A stretch of DNA of 64,000 nt from Phoronis australis (taxonomy: Eukaryota; Animalia; Phoronida), in assembly GCA_002633005.1 (NCBI GenBank), contig NMRA01000224.1, positions 590,281 to 654,280 of the forward strand. Reading direction: 5' to 3'. Under the pieces are notes generated by a model, which worked only from the letters and a program-made list of their open reading frames with translations, was not told the DNA's origin and made no database searches. Shown one piece after another: positions 49,944 to 60,209 of the stretch. Numbering within the stretch: the first letter of the stretch is position 1; each line of letters starts with the position of its first letter. A program made the position numbers and the translations under genes.

Positions 49944-52900
49944 CGTATCAACTTATAGTCACACTTCACGACCGGCCATGTCTTACCTCCAGAAAGAAAG
50001 GAAACGAAATTACGGTTTATATACCACAAGGTAGGCCTACCTGGGCGCAAAAAGCCAAAAGCAAGGCACGCGATACAGACGAATGGGAGGGTCCAATGGT
50101 ACAGAGCCAGCGCGCACGTCTGCGAACCGTCCGTTCAATACGTCACAAGCAGAGGCTCCAAAACTCTTAGTCCATGGGTGTCACACCCATACAGTGTAGA
50201 TATAGAGATAGGGATTGGCTATCACGTAACTTTGTATGCTATAGTAGGGCTGCCATTTTGTTGTGTGGTACGGAGCGTTATGGAAGGTGGTATGAGCCGG
50301 TATGCTATGATGCAGTTGGGTCGATTTTTATGAAAGAGGTGCCAAAATACTTGCATTTTCGTACTTTTTCCATCCGTAACACTTTAGGGATACTATGAAA
50401 TTAAAATAGAAGTCCTCTTAAGCCTTGAATTTAATATCCTGCTAATAATGCTGAGCGTATTTTTGTTTCATTTGTTCCTATAATTCGTTTTGTTAGTACA
50501 CTGTATTTAAAATAACAGTATCTTCGACGGAAAAAACGACTTCCATCTCATGATTCAATTCAACCTCAAAAATCAATCACTTCAGTGGCCGCCATTGTTC
50601 AACAATGCAACGTCATTGTCTCCTTTTATCCAACTGGGCCCTGAGGAAGTTTACCTATACTTAATTGTCAGCGGTTCTGAAAGACTGTCCTCGATATTTA
50701 TTTGCAGTGATGCCGTTTATATGGGTCATCCCTTGGGCAATAGTGCGTTTATATCTTCTGGATGTGTACTGCTGGAATACCTTAGAAAACAAGCATTACA
50801 ACTGGATCATGAGAGCTCCTATCACACTAACAATAGTTGTAAGTACCAGGTCCAGTTTCCATGGGCTCTTAATGCGAAGCCGAGTTTCTACTTTTTATTT
50901 GGAATACGAATTGTAAAATATCAAATTTATACAAGTTCCGGAACACCCCACAGAATTCACACCTGGATAATTTATTAATAACGGGTTTGCACAAAAGGAA
51001 ATCGTGACGTTTTGATGATATAGATTTCTCTTGAAAATGTTGTTTTTGTACAAAAACAAAACTTTGTGAACGTAAAATTTAATACTAAGTTATTTACAAA
51101 GTACATTTCAATGATCAACTGACATGTTCCATTGCTATGGTAACTTTGTTTGCTTGTTTTACAGATCAACTTCTTTTGCTTCGTGAATATCATCAGAGTA
51201 CTGTTTACTAAGCTAAAGACCCAAAACACTCCGGAAGCTAGGAAATTCAGGTACAGGTAAATACACATTTCTGTTACCGGGACAACTAATTATGAGGCAC
51301 TGGGACTTGACAACGCTATAAAACTTGATGATTCAACATAATATCAAATTCCACGAGGCTGGCGTTTCTGTCTTTCCGAAGTATGAAGCGCCAAAGGGTT
51401 CTTAAACAAGTACCTTTCTGCACGTTCAAATGTGCTTAATCAACACGTAGTTTTGCTAAATAATAACAATAGGTAGAGATTCTAAATAAAATATGCAAGA
51501 TCTTTGTACTTAGTTATGTGTCGCTCCAACTCAAAATTTTGGTTTATAAATCAAGTAATCAACTTTACAATAATCTATGATATAAATCCATAAGTTATCA
51601 AAAGTAGGTACAGCTTCCATAAATTTATCCCTACATATAAACATTTTCGTTAAGCATAATATGATATCATGTACAAACAAACTTCTGTTGCAAAAGCCTA
51701 ACAACACCTCTTTTGCGGAAATATTTGTATTGTTGTGAAAAATCTGCTTGAGCCAAAATAGTAATTTATTCTACAGAATTTTAACATATCTACACTCCCA
51801 GAACAAATGTACAATTGATTCTGGGACTTCGCTGCAAAAAGAACATTGATTTGAGTTTACAATACCAATTTTTTGAGAAATCATTTTGTTGCAAGAATGT
51901 TATGTACAATTCTATAATTAAACCTTTGTATCAGTATACTTGCCAATGACACTATTTATGGAATTCCAATCCATACCTTCATTGGTCGTGCTTAGGCTTA
52001 AATTCCATTTTACTTCTGAAGAAGCCTTACAGTGCTGATTTTTAACAAATAAATCACAAAAGTCATTAATTCCTTTTGGTGATCTAGTTACAACTTCATA
52101 CACTTTGGACCATAATGGTAACATCATAACATTTTGTTTGTAATCAAAACTGTATTCTATCTTTTGAATAACTTGGCAAATGTCGAAAAATTCAGTAAAA
52201 GAGGGACAACAGTCAGCCTTTTTACAGAATTCAGTATAATTAATAAGTCGCGTAATTTTGCTTCATCAACGCGCCATTTCGTTTAATCAACGCACTGAAT
52301 TAGTTCTTAAACGATCATTTTTTACTCTTATTCAACGCGCACTTATGCTTAATCAAAGCGTAGATTAACGTAGTCAACGCCCTAAATTACTTATTACTTG
52401 TGTCCAATCAAAGACAAGTTTGCATTCAGTACGTAAAGGTGCCATCATTTACGTGGTCACTTGAGAAGAATCTGCAGCATTTTTGAACGTTGCCTTGCAC
52501 CCATGTGGGAAGTCTTCCGGTCTTTTGAGATTTAAGAGCACGGCCAGAGTGATTGGGTTATGTGAACTGATTAAAAGTACGCGTTGATTAAGCAATAGTG
52601 CGCGTTTATTAAGTAAAACTACGTGTTGATTAAGCAAAAGAACGTGTTGAATAAGAGCAGATCGATGATCGTTAAAAAAAATAATTCAGCACGTTGATTA
52701 AGCAACACTACGGGTTGATTCATCAAAACTGTGTGTTGGTTAAGCACATTTCAATGCGCAGTACTGTAATCGTTTAAGAACCCTTTGGCTTTTCATTCCA
52801 AACCAACGACATCGGTTTCCTACACGTTGAATTCAAATTGATTATCGCAAATGACTTGGAATTCTCCTGAAGGCCATTTCTGATTTGGCGCCTGAAATTA

Positions 52901-55900
52901 ACCCGTCCAGACAAGCATAGTAATGGGTCTGGTCTAAGGAGATGACGGAGATGACGTCATCTTGTACTCAAGTCTAGATATCCTTTCTGAGAAAATGTGA
53001 CGAGGCCAATTTTATAACAGTAAGAAGTTAAAAATTAGCGGGTTTTTTTTTGATAGAGGGCGTGGATTTGTAGCCTGTTTGCCGGGGTGACAGAGTTTGG
53101 ACTTGTCATGATGCATTGCTTATGCGCATGTGCAGCTTGTGTTGGGTAGTGCCAGCTGCACATCAGAAAAAGTGCATTTCGATGTGAATGACCGACTTCC
53201 AGCTTCTTTGAAGACATGTTGCGTTTTGTTGCAAATTTGCTGACTTGTGGCTGTTGTCTGAATTTAAGTTCATGCGGATGCTGGTTTTGTAGTTGCGCAA
53301 ACATGTGTAACGGTGATCATCAATTATCATAGAATAGGAGCCATGATCCTCGCGACTGCCTTCACGAGTGAAATATTTTCTAAATCCTCTGCATCAACAG
53401 GTGCCTGTCATTCGTGACCTTGGTCTCGTTTTCAAAGCTTTATCACATCATGCACTGATCTGTATGAAAGTTCACTTCAGGCGAAACTTAAGTAATAGGT
53501 TGTGATCATTTTAGAGGTGCATGCAATAAAGTGATGAGAATATACACTCCTCGTTTGTCTCCATACAAAAATTTAGCATTTAAACACTATAGTCCGATGC
53601 GTCGTGGAGCAATTTTTAGTGGATTCTGTCGTTTTATAGTTCTGGTCAAAGATTATAACGTCATGAATTGTGTCCCATGCACCGAGAATAATCTCAACTG
53701 AAATGAGCAGAACCGGTAATGTTAATTTATAGCAGTTGCCTGAGGCAAGCAATTTGGACGACGTTTGCACAGCTTGTATGTGCGAAATCAAGTGGTAATC
53801 AAAACTCACATTATATTTCAGGTTATTTTTGTTGTTGGATAAGTAATATTGACCGTGTTGTATGGCGTGGTAATTTACATGTTTCCCCTTGTAAATGGCT
53901 GGCCGACCACAAAACTTTAGGAAAGGTAGTCGGTATTTTTCAGACCATAGAAATCTAGTCCTGAAATGCCATCTCCGATCTCAACCCGCTGAGCTAGCGT
54001 CGCGTATGCGTGAGAGTTGTTACGCATTCGTTTGTTTCGGTGTGTGTACATGCTATGGAATTTACTGACATTAAAAGTTTTCGCCACTCCGCCGTTTTTC
54101 AATCGAATTGCATAAGCCGCCATATCGGCATTAGAAAACCCTTTGTCAGTTCTTGATGATAGCAACAGAAGCAAAAGATAAATAATTTAATTTATAAGTA
54201 ATTGTCATTTCGCAGACCTGGGGCCTGTTCCAAGAAACTGACTTAAGTTCATTTTTTACTTAAGTTTAAGATTTGTCTTAACTTCCAAACTTTGAAATTT
54301 CCATATTCGGTAGGTTAGTCAAAATTAAGGCAAAATTTATGTCAAACACTTAAGTCAAAATTAAGATCTCATTCTTGAAATGGTTTTGAGACAAATTTAA
54401 CTTTTATTTTAAAATTTACTAAACTTCAAGATTTGTCTTAGCTAAGTCAGTTTTGTTGGAACGGGCCCCTGGCTGATTTAAAAATATTTTTAATTCTAAA
54501 AACAAAGAATATTACCAAAATGCAAAAAATAACAGCGTGTAATAGTAACATAAAAAGGAAATGAACCAAAGAGGTAATGTAAATGACTATTTAAGCCATT
54601 GGGGAAATAATTCAATGATTTAAAAAATTTATACCTATAAAGAGAAAGGTTTTAGAATATGTGCCCCTCACACTTCACTCAAAAGTATACATATTTTATC
54701 CCATATTCCACAAACTGAAAATTCTTATCAATTCATTATGAAATGAAACTTTTCTGGTTATTCAACACTTTCACATTCTTGTTGCTCAACCGGCTTGGGT
54801 ACCGTACTTGACATACATATGACGTCATATAACAACAAGCCGGAGCACCATGTTGCCGCGATCATCCATATAAGTCCATATATATGAGATATAAATAGGT
54901 TGTACTACATACATACATACATAAGGGAATACTACTGCGATATCATATCTTGAATTCACTTCAACTTCGGTCTTGGGACATTCCCAGATGTAATGAATTC
55001 TCGATAGGATATGGCGCAAATGTTCCTATGTATGTGGGATAACCTATATACATGTACATGCATGTATTATAATTTATTGGACCTTTGATGCCGTTTGATA
55101 CAATTACGTCCATCAGTAAAAATTCAGAATGCAGTGACATTTATGAAATATGCGATACACTACTACTGGTATCTACTTCAGTATCCGAATGCAATACATT
55201 ACTAATGGTATCTAGTCTAGTATCCGAATGCGATACACTACTACTGGTATCTAGTCTAGTATTCGAATGCGATGCACTACTAATGGTATCTAGTCTAGTA
55301 TTCGAATGCGATACACTACTACTGGTATCTAGTCTAGTATTCGAATGCAATACACTACTACTGGTATCTAGTCTAGTATTCGAATGCGATACACTACTAA
55401 TGGTATCTGGTCTAGTATTCGAATGCGATACACTACTACTGGTATCTAGTCTAGTATTCGAATGCGATACACTACTACTGGTATCTAGTCTAGTCATTCG
55501 AATGCAGATACAGGTTTTCTGACAGATAAAGATGGGCAGACATCTATCGCCTAACTTTGAAATGTACTGTGGATAGCTGATCACATTAGTGTGTAGGGCT
55601 TTCCATAAAAGTTTAGAAATAAATTCTTTTCTTCAGAAAGTAAAAGTTAGTGATCCTGATACATGCAGTGTATGTTACCGTAAAAATAAACATTCGAACA
55701 CATTTTTACGATTGTTATGTTACAAACGACAGTGAACTCAGAAAAAAACAATATTCATTAAAGAGGTAATGTCACTTTAAACACCTGTTGCATAGTTGTC
55801 AAGGTCAACATTCAAGAACTAAAACACGCCGGGAACGGCTGGATTGAAAAGCGGAACTCTAGGATAGAAAGCGGGACGTCTGGGTCTAAGCCGAAACGTA

Positions 55901-58754
55901 AGGGTGAAATGTTCGTTGCAACATACAAAGACGTAACGACATGGTTATTTTGTGGAACGGGAGATGTAACACCCAAAAATGCTCGACAGCGTTTTTCGTT
56001 TATTTCTTATAGTTGAATGAAAAATTGCAGTTGTAGCAAAAAATAATTTAATGTCCCATTCTTTTTATTTTTAGTCGAACTTAGAAAAATGGTCACGTTG
56101 CGTGTGAGATTGTAATAGTATATGATGATATGTCAGTTGGCCGCATGTCAAAAAGCGGGGACGTTTAGATGATGTGGCGGGCTGGTGGAAAAAACCAAAA
56201 TGTGGAGAGTCTGCGAAGAATGGGGCAATTGGCAAATACACTGTGCGCAAGCAGCAGCACGAAGTACTGGATTAGATTCTTTTATAAGGTAAAATGTGCG
56301 TTTTTTAAAATGTTATTTCATGGGTATCAGTGAATACTACAGAAAACAAAAAACGGCATCTGGACAACAGATAAACATTGCACAAATGAATTGTTATAGA
56401 AGCAATTGAAAATATTACTAATACACACACGCAAACACACACACACGTAGCTAAGCAATTATGAGTAATTTTGAGAAAGTTTCGTAAATGCACTTGTTTT
56501 AGGGCCAAAACTTTTCATTTAGGACAAATGTAACTCCTTTCCCTAAAATACTTGATTTTAACACCAAAATTCTCCCTGTATATGTAGTATGACAGGAAGT
56601 GGTTCTACGACTTTCCGAAGTTGAAACGATATCAAGGCCAAACTATTTCCGGCATCCACCCAGAGCCACGGGTCGGTGCTTATAAAGATTAACCATTGTA
56701 ATTATTGGGTTTGCTATTTTTGCCGGGAAATTGCTGGTTGCATAAACCATACCTCAAGGGTCTCACTTGGTGAACAAGAGTTACAAAATGAAAACGAAGC
56801 AATGGCATTCGGTATGATTTCATAACAACTGTCAATAAAAACTCAGTCGACCAGGCAGCCGGAAATTCTCAGTGCAAACTCTCGCGCTTAGTCTCGTGGT
56901 CGCTAGCTCTAATAATAGAAAAAAGGTCACGCGCGTGTGTTGGCATTCTTGGGCTAGAGTCCTATGATCGGACGGTCGACACTACCAAGTCGGGCTTATT
57001 TCGATAGCCTTTCCGTTGGCCATCCATTTGCAATGTACTGTAGCTGGCTTTATTGTACTAGACATGGGCCAGTACTGAATAGAAAGGCTTCTAGTTTTGT
57101 TCGCACCATTAACATACCGTAATTGTGAAACACGTTTACTTGTAGCACGTACACACTCCTGTCCCTGAATATTAATTATACTTTGAATTTCCCGGAGTCA
57201 TTACCCTGTTAGTCTATTGTAGAGAGATTTGTGTTTTTCTGTTTGTGTGCCACACGAAGATTGCTAAACATGGTATGGTCTTCATTTTGTTTTGTTTGCA
57301 TGTGCAAAATCTTCCGTTTGTTTGCTTTTTAAGTAGCTTGTATCACCGCTCGATTAGATAGCGTCTTTAAGTATTATTGTGTATGACACAATAGTTTGCG
57401 AATACAAGTATTCGTTGTTAATTAAAGTGTCTCTGAGTTGTATAACGTATTTTAAAACATTACTAAGTATTAGCTTATTTTACGCAAAGATTTAATGCTG
57501 TGAGTTCCAAATGAAAGCTTTTGGTTTACCTCTCAGCTTCAATGTGTTCTTTGAGCGCTTAAGACTTACGACCACCGTGTACGTGATGCACTCCCTGTTA
57601 CTTAATTCACTTGCATACCCAGCGAACACTGTGTTCTTAATTCATACGCTTACCATTGAATATTGCAGGAAACTGGCCAAGTCCACACTCGTTCTCATTC
57701 CGCTGTTTGGGGTTCATTATATCATTTTCCTTGGATTCCCCGACAAATCTGAAGACGTGCCAGTGGTCGCTGAACTTGTGCGCATGTATTTCGAAATGTT
57801 CTTCAACTCGTTCCAAGTACGTATCGGTGGTCTCGGATATATCGATATAATCTAACTGTTCCCCATTATCGAAATTACAAATAACAGGAAATGTACAACT
57901 AGATTATTTGCCTCCACTTTACCATCAGGATGCGTATGTGTCACGAGGTAAATTTTCCGACGAAACGGAACCGTACGTCGCGTATAGTGTCGCGAGTAAA
58001 ACATATGTGTCGAATATAGATATATATCTAGATATCATGATGCATGATGCAAAATAATTGTAGTCTTTCTTTACAGGGTTTCATGGTGTCCATCATGTTT
58101 TGCTTCCTAAATGGTGAAGTCCAGGCCGAAATTTTAAAAAAATGGCACCGATATAAGTTGCGTAGGTTTGGAGGAGGGGGATCTCAGAAAACGGCCACGT
58201 CTATGTCAACGTACTTAAGTAAAGCTAGGAACTCTTTACATTCAATCCATTCACTTGTGAATGACAGAAAAGATTCGATTCAGAAGAACGGGGACAGTCC
58301 GCCAGATAGGAACGGGAATAAATCTAACGTCAGCTCCTCGGGCAAACAATCGAACGGACACACCGGTTCGTTGAAGAGCAATAACTCGACAATCAAGGGC
58401 GAGGGGTCGCCAAAGCTGGTTAATGGTGGCAGCAGACTCGTTTGTAACGCTATTGTTGAGGAGGATATCAGTGCTGGCATCTGTGGGTCTGCGTCAGCGT
58501 TCGCCAACAATGAGCCCAGAACCATCCGACGGGACAGTGGAAATTCGTCAATTAAGGACGATGACGTCCTTAGTGAAACTACCGCCATGTTGCACATGAA
58601 TCCAAGAAAAGAGGAAGTTACAGGAGGAGAGAGTAAAGAATTATGTGATATTATCAGTGCAATTAAAAGCGAAAGTTATATGCTTGATGAAATGGGAGAT
58701 TCGGCAAAAAGACTATTGACCGACGAGGAGATACTAAGCGAGGACTTAGTGTAA
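26582..58754 (+). CDS. Class B1 (secretin-family) GPCR, parathyroid hormone receptor-like; 11 coding exons, about 624 aa
   Basis: join(26582-26644,32784-32883,39150-39260,42703-42833,44235-44329,48694-48862,49479-49635,50708-50838,51165-51256,57669-57816,58077-58754) = 1875 nt, one open frame with all phases compatible. It encodes a signal peptide, a six-Cys hormone-binding domain (CxxxWD..CWP..CP..C..DG.W..NY..C), [49 protein letters not shown] and [17 protein letters not shown]. Confidence 0.93.
26666..26802. repeat. Tandem repeat, about 44-bp unit x3
   Basis: aatatcagcgtgctaagttctaaagaaacaa...tctc repeated directly after exon 1. Confidence 0.8.
26806..27930. mobile_element. Probable Harbinger-type non-autonomous element
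   Basis: Starts ctg|ggtcacttttcatgaaa with cttaagacc subrepeats; ends ttttcatgaaaca; inverted partial copy near 49130-49250. Confidence 0.4.
28735..28900 (+). mobile_element. Degenerate tRNA-derived SINE
   Basis: agagcgctagaccggcaat...ggctcgattacc resembles a tRNA D-arm to T-arm, followed by a T run and body sequence. Confidence 0.4.
32784..32883 (+). CDS. GPCR coding exon 2: ECD helix [33 protein letters not shown](G)
   Basis: ctttgtag acceptor and ACAG|gtgagc donor; phase 0 to 1; supplies the first conserved Cys (Q..L..A...C pattern). Not in the ORF track. Confidence 0.88.
33808..33927. repeat. Minisatellite, 39-bp unit x3
   Basis: acactgccaaaacatcaggcgtacatgtattattaaatg. Confidence 0.95.
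34045..34495. repeat. Diverged tandem repeat, about three units
   Basis: Recurrent aaatctagc..tcac..aaa..aatct..cttttctagcgaggt blocks. Confidence 0.55.
34504..34964. mobile_element. MITE with about 107-bp TIRs and perfect 7-bp TSD (P-like)
   Basis: caccc...gggtg termini; GATGTTT at 34497-34503 and 34965-34971. Confidence 0.9.
36319..36968 (-). mobile_element. Kolobok copy 2 (shorter deletion derivative, inverted) in GPCR intron 2
   Basis: Reverse-complement homology to 9488-9855 and 10200-10440; terminus followed by TTAA at 36969-36972; other end not found. Confidence 0.82.
36568..36796 (-). pseudogene. Near-intact THAP domain
   Basis: [67 protein letters not shown]; ATG mutated to ATA and one in-frame TAG. 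Confidence 0.88.
39150..39260 (+). CDS. GPCR coding exon 3: hormone-binding domain (G)[36 protein letters not shown]
   Basis: ttgcag acceptor, T|gtaagt donor, 111 nt, class B signature CxxxWDxxxCWP. Confidence 0.96.
42703..42833 (+). CDS. GPCR coding exon 4: (S)[43 protein letters not shown]
   Basis: ttacag acceptor, GCC|gtaagt donor, RC..DG.W and W.NYT.C motifs. Confidence 0.95.
44235..44329 (+). CDS. GPCR coding exon 5: TM1 [31 protein letters not shown](R)
   Basis: ttattccag acceptor, AG|gtatgt donor, 95 nt, GYSVSL TM1 motif. Confidence 0.94.
44370..47495. mobile_element. 3.1-kb non-autonomous TIR element in GPCR intron 5
   Basis: Termini caggcctgcaggaagg/gcttcctacggctctg; flanks ctgacagac (44361-44369) and ctgacagaa (47496-47504); internal duplication about 45410-45650 vs 45770-46020; second copy at about 62300-63503. 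Confidence 0.72.
48694..48862 (+). CDS. GPCR coding exon 6: ICL1-TM2-ECL1 (R)[21 protein letters not shown]...PGRT, GC donor
   Basis: ttttag acceptor and LHC.RN..H.NLF motif. The end is set at ACG|gcaagt, the only strong phase-0 donor compatible with exon 7. Confidence 0.9.
49479..49635 (+). CDS. GPCR coding exon 7: TM3-ICL2-TM4 [30 protein letters not shown]...IAGW
   Basis: gttgcag acceptor, C|gtaagt donor, NYxWxxxEGxYLH signature. Confidence 0.96.
49901..49944. repeat. (ACA)n microsatellite
   Basis: About 14 perfect units. Confidence 0.97.
50708..50838 (+). CDS. GPCR coding exon 8: TM4-ECL2-TM5 (L)[23 protein letters not shown]...[12 protein letters not shown]
   Basis: tttgcag acceptor, GTT|gtaagt donor, ECL2 CW motif. 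Confidence 0.95.
51165..51256 (+). CDS. GPCR coding exon 9: TM5-ICL3 [30 protein letters not shown](R)
   Basis: ttttacag acceptor; N..F.NI.RVL.TKL motif; donor CAG|gtaaat, with an alternative in-frame donor after 51250. Confidence 0.92.
51383..52796. mobile_element. TIR element with ttaatcaacg-type subrepeats, interrupted by a LINE fragment
   Basis: atgaagcgccaaagggttcttaaac / gtttaagaaccctttggcttttcat inverted ends. Confidence 0.7.
51462..52240 (-). mobile_element. L1/Tx1-clade LINE ORF2 3-prime fragment (zf-RVT region)
   Basis: Minus strand [12 protein letters not shown]...[29 protein letters not shown] with stops and a frameshift. Confidence 0.82.
54221..54468. mobile_element. PIF/Harbinger-type MITE
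   Basis: TIR gggcctgttccaa/ttggaacgggccc, 3-bp CTG TSD, absent from the paralogous host copy; partial copy at about 48040-48152. Confidence 0.85.
55151..55505. repeat. Minisatellite, 39-bp unit x9
   Basis: tgcgatacactactactggtatctagtctagtattcgaa, head-to-tail with no spacers. Confidence 0.97.
57669..57816 (+). CDS. GPCR coding exon 10: TM6-ECL3-TM7 (R)[17 protein letters not shown]...FEMFFNSFQ
   Basis: ttgcag acceptor, CAA|gtacgt donor, PLFG motif. Confidence 0.96.
58077..58754 (+). CDS. GPCR terminal exon 11: TM7, helix 8 and long Ser-rich C-tail ending EDLV
   Basis: tctttctttacag acceptor, [18 protein letters not shown] signature, open to TAA at 58754. Confidence 0.96.
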   Translation, partial: GFMVSIMFCFLNGEVQAEILKKWHRYKLRRFGGGGSQKTATSMSTYLSKARNSLHSIHSLVNDRKDSIQKNGDSPPDRNGNKSNVSSSGKQSNGHTGSLKSNNSTIKGEGSPKLVNGGSRLVCNAIVEEDISAGICGSASAFANNEPRTIRRDSGNSSIKDDDVLSETTAMLHMNPRKEEVTGGESKELCDIISAIKSESYMLDEMGDSAKRLLTDEEILSEDLV

Positions 58755-59060
58755 ATAACGGTGAGAGTACAAGTACTCAAGTTCACGTACTCAAATACAC
58801 TGAAGTATTATGGTAAAGTGGTTTACGAGGTTAATTTATTTCTATTTATCATGTACTCTGTCGCGTTGTTTCTTCAAACTTCGTTATCAGAAACCCCGCA
58901 AACCAAAAGTTGTGAATTCTTTGCCACCGCCACGGCTGTGTTTCAGGAATTTCTTTAATATGGTACATATAAGTCAGTAAAAATTAACTTTATTCGACAG
59001 CATCTTGTCGATACGCATTTAAGACGCGATTGAAATTAAAAACACGTCTTCATCTTGAGA

Positions 59061-59190
59061 GACCCATTACTCTTGAAAGGCAGTATTGCAGCAATTTTCA
59101 ACTGATTGGGACTTGAAATCACTATCAAAAGACCCATTTACTCTTGAAAGGCAGTATTGCACCAATGTTCAACTGATTGGGACTTGAACT
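59061..59190. repeat. 70-bp tandem duplication in the presumptive 3-prime UTR
   Basis: gacccattactcttgaaaggcagtattgca...gattgggacttgaa at 59061 and 59131. Confidence 0.9.
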
Positions 59191-60203
59191 TTCTATTCAC
59201 GCTCTAAACACGGCAGCAATCCTGAAATGGCTGGTCAAGCTACTTTGAAATTGTCCCCTGCAATAACAGCAATTAGTTTCCACCAACCAAATGAGAAACT
59301 GCCAGCGACTGTAGCACGTCATGTTCAGAGAAGGGTTGTAAAATTGGCGTGAATCATTTTTAAATGTACAATGGCAGGGTTTGCATCTATTCCCTGTGTT
59401 AACGTAATGTAGGACAATTAACAGAAATAAGCGAACATCCTATCTCAGACATTGCACATCGGATTTGCATGACCTTTCAGATAATATGCTTCATACAATT
59501 TTCTATAAAACCATGTTAGAAATAGCTTATTCACCTTTGCATGAGGTGCTGTCAAACACTGGACTTACCGGTATATGGTTTTCATGAAAAAAGTTGCATA
59601 AAACAAACACGAAACGATAGTTTAGAAAAGCGTAACAGCTTTTTTGAAATTTTATCTTGAACATTTCTATCATACAAAATTTGAGCGTGTTATTGATCCT
59701 GTTGTTTTACTGTAAACGCACCGTACTTTTTGCTAAATTTTCCTGAAAAAGCAAGGTCACAAGATTGGTAATTCTGGGTGAAATTCTGTTTTGTAAATAT
59801 TTGACAAAATGTACAGACTTGCCAATAAGGTCCCACATAACCTTAAATAAGCTGGTTGATAGTTTGCGTTTTAAAAGACTTTGAAGGACATTTATCGTAA
59901 TCTATTTTGCCCGGGGTACGCCACGAGCTATGTTGTTCAATTACATTTCCTTCAACAGCTAGATTATTCTGGCAAAGTGTTTACTATAGACAATCAAAAT
60001 GTTTTGTGCAGAATGTGACAACAGTTATATATAAATGTGCCTTACCATGTTCAGATAAATATTTTTTTTCAAAGTCAAAGTAAATTGTAAGCTTTGTAAA
60101 TACCTACGTATGTGTGTTAAGTGATTGTGGCTTCTATTTTCTATTCATGTCCATACTACTCTGTTTGTTTACCTCCAGTTCGCTCATTGCCAGACACGAA
60201 CCA

Positions 60204-60209
60204 AATAAA
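60204..60209 (+). promoter_or_regulatory. Candidate polyadenylation signal of the GPCR
   Basis: AATAAA at the end of an AT-rich stretch about 1.45 kb downstream of the stop; position-based inference only. Confidence 0.3.

Larger units (their letters stand above)
53946..56966 (+). mobile_element. CATAG..CTATG non-autonomous element (P-like), copy 2, in GPCR intron 9
   Basis: About 28-bp TIR catagaaatctagtcctgaaatgccatc / gttggcattcttgggctagagtcctatg; degenerate 7-bp flanks ttcagac/atcggac; homologous to 7059-11797. Confidence 0.8.

Noticed and set aside
49718-50170. 150-aa ORF with poly-Thr (and poly-Asn/poly-Cys alternatives)
   Set aside because: Driven by the (ACA)n microsatellite inside intron 7.
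55085-55584. Repetitive 145-147 aa ORFs and possible CRISPR-like array
   Set aside because: Head-to-tail 39-bp units with no unique spacers; ORFs arise because 39 is a multiple of 3; eukaryotic intron with no cas genes.
58280-58597. 105-aa antisense ORF
   Set aside because: Shadow of the GPCR terminal exon.
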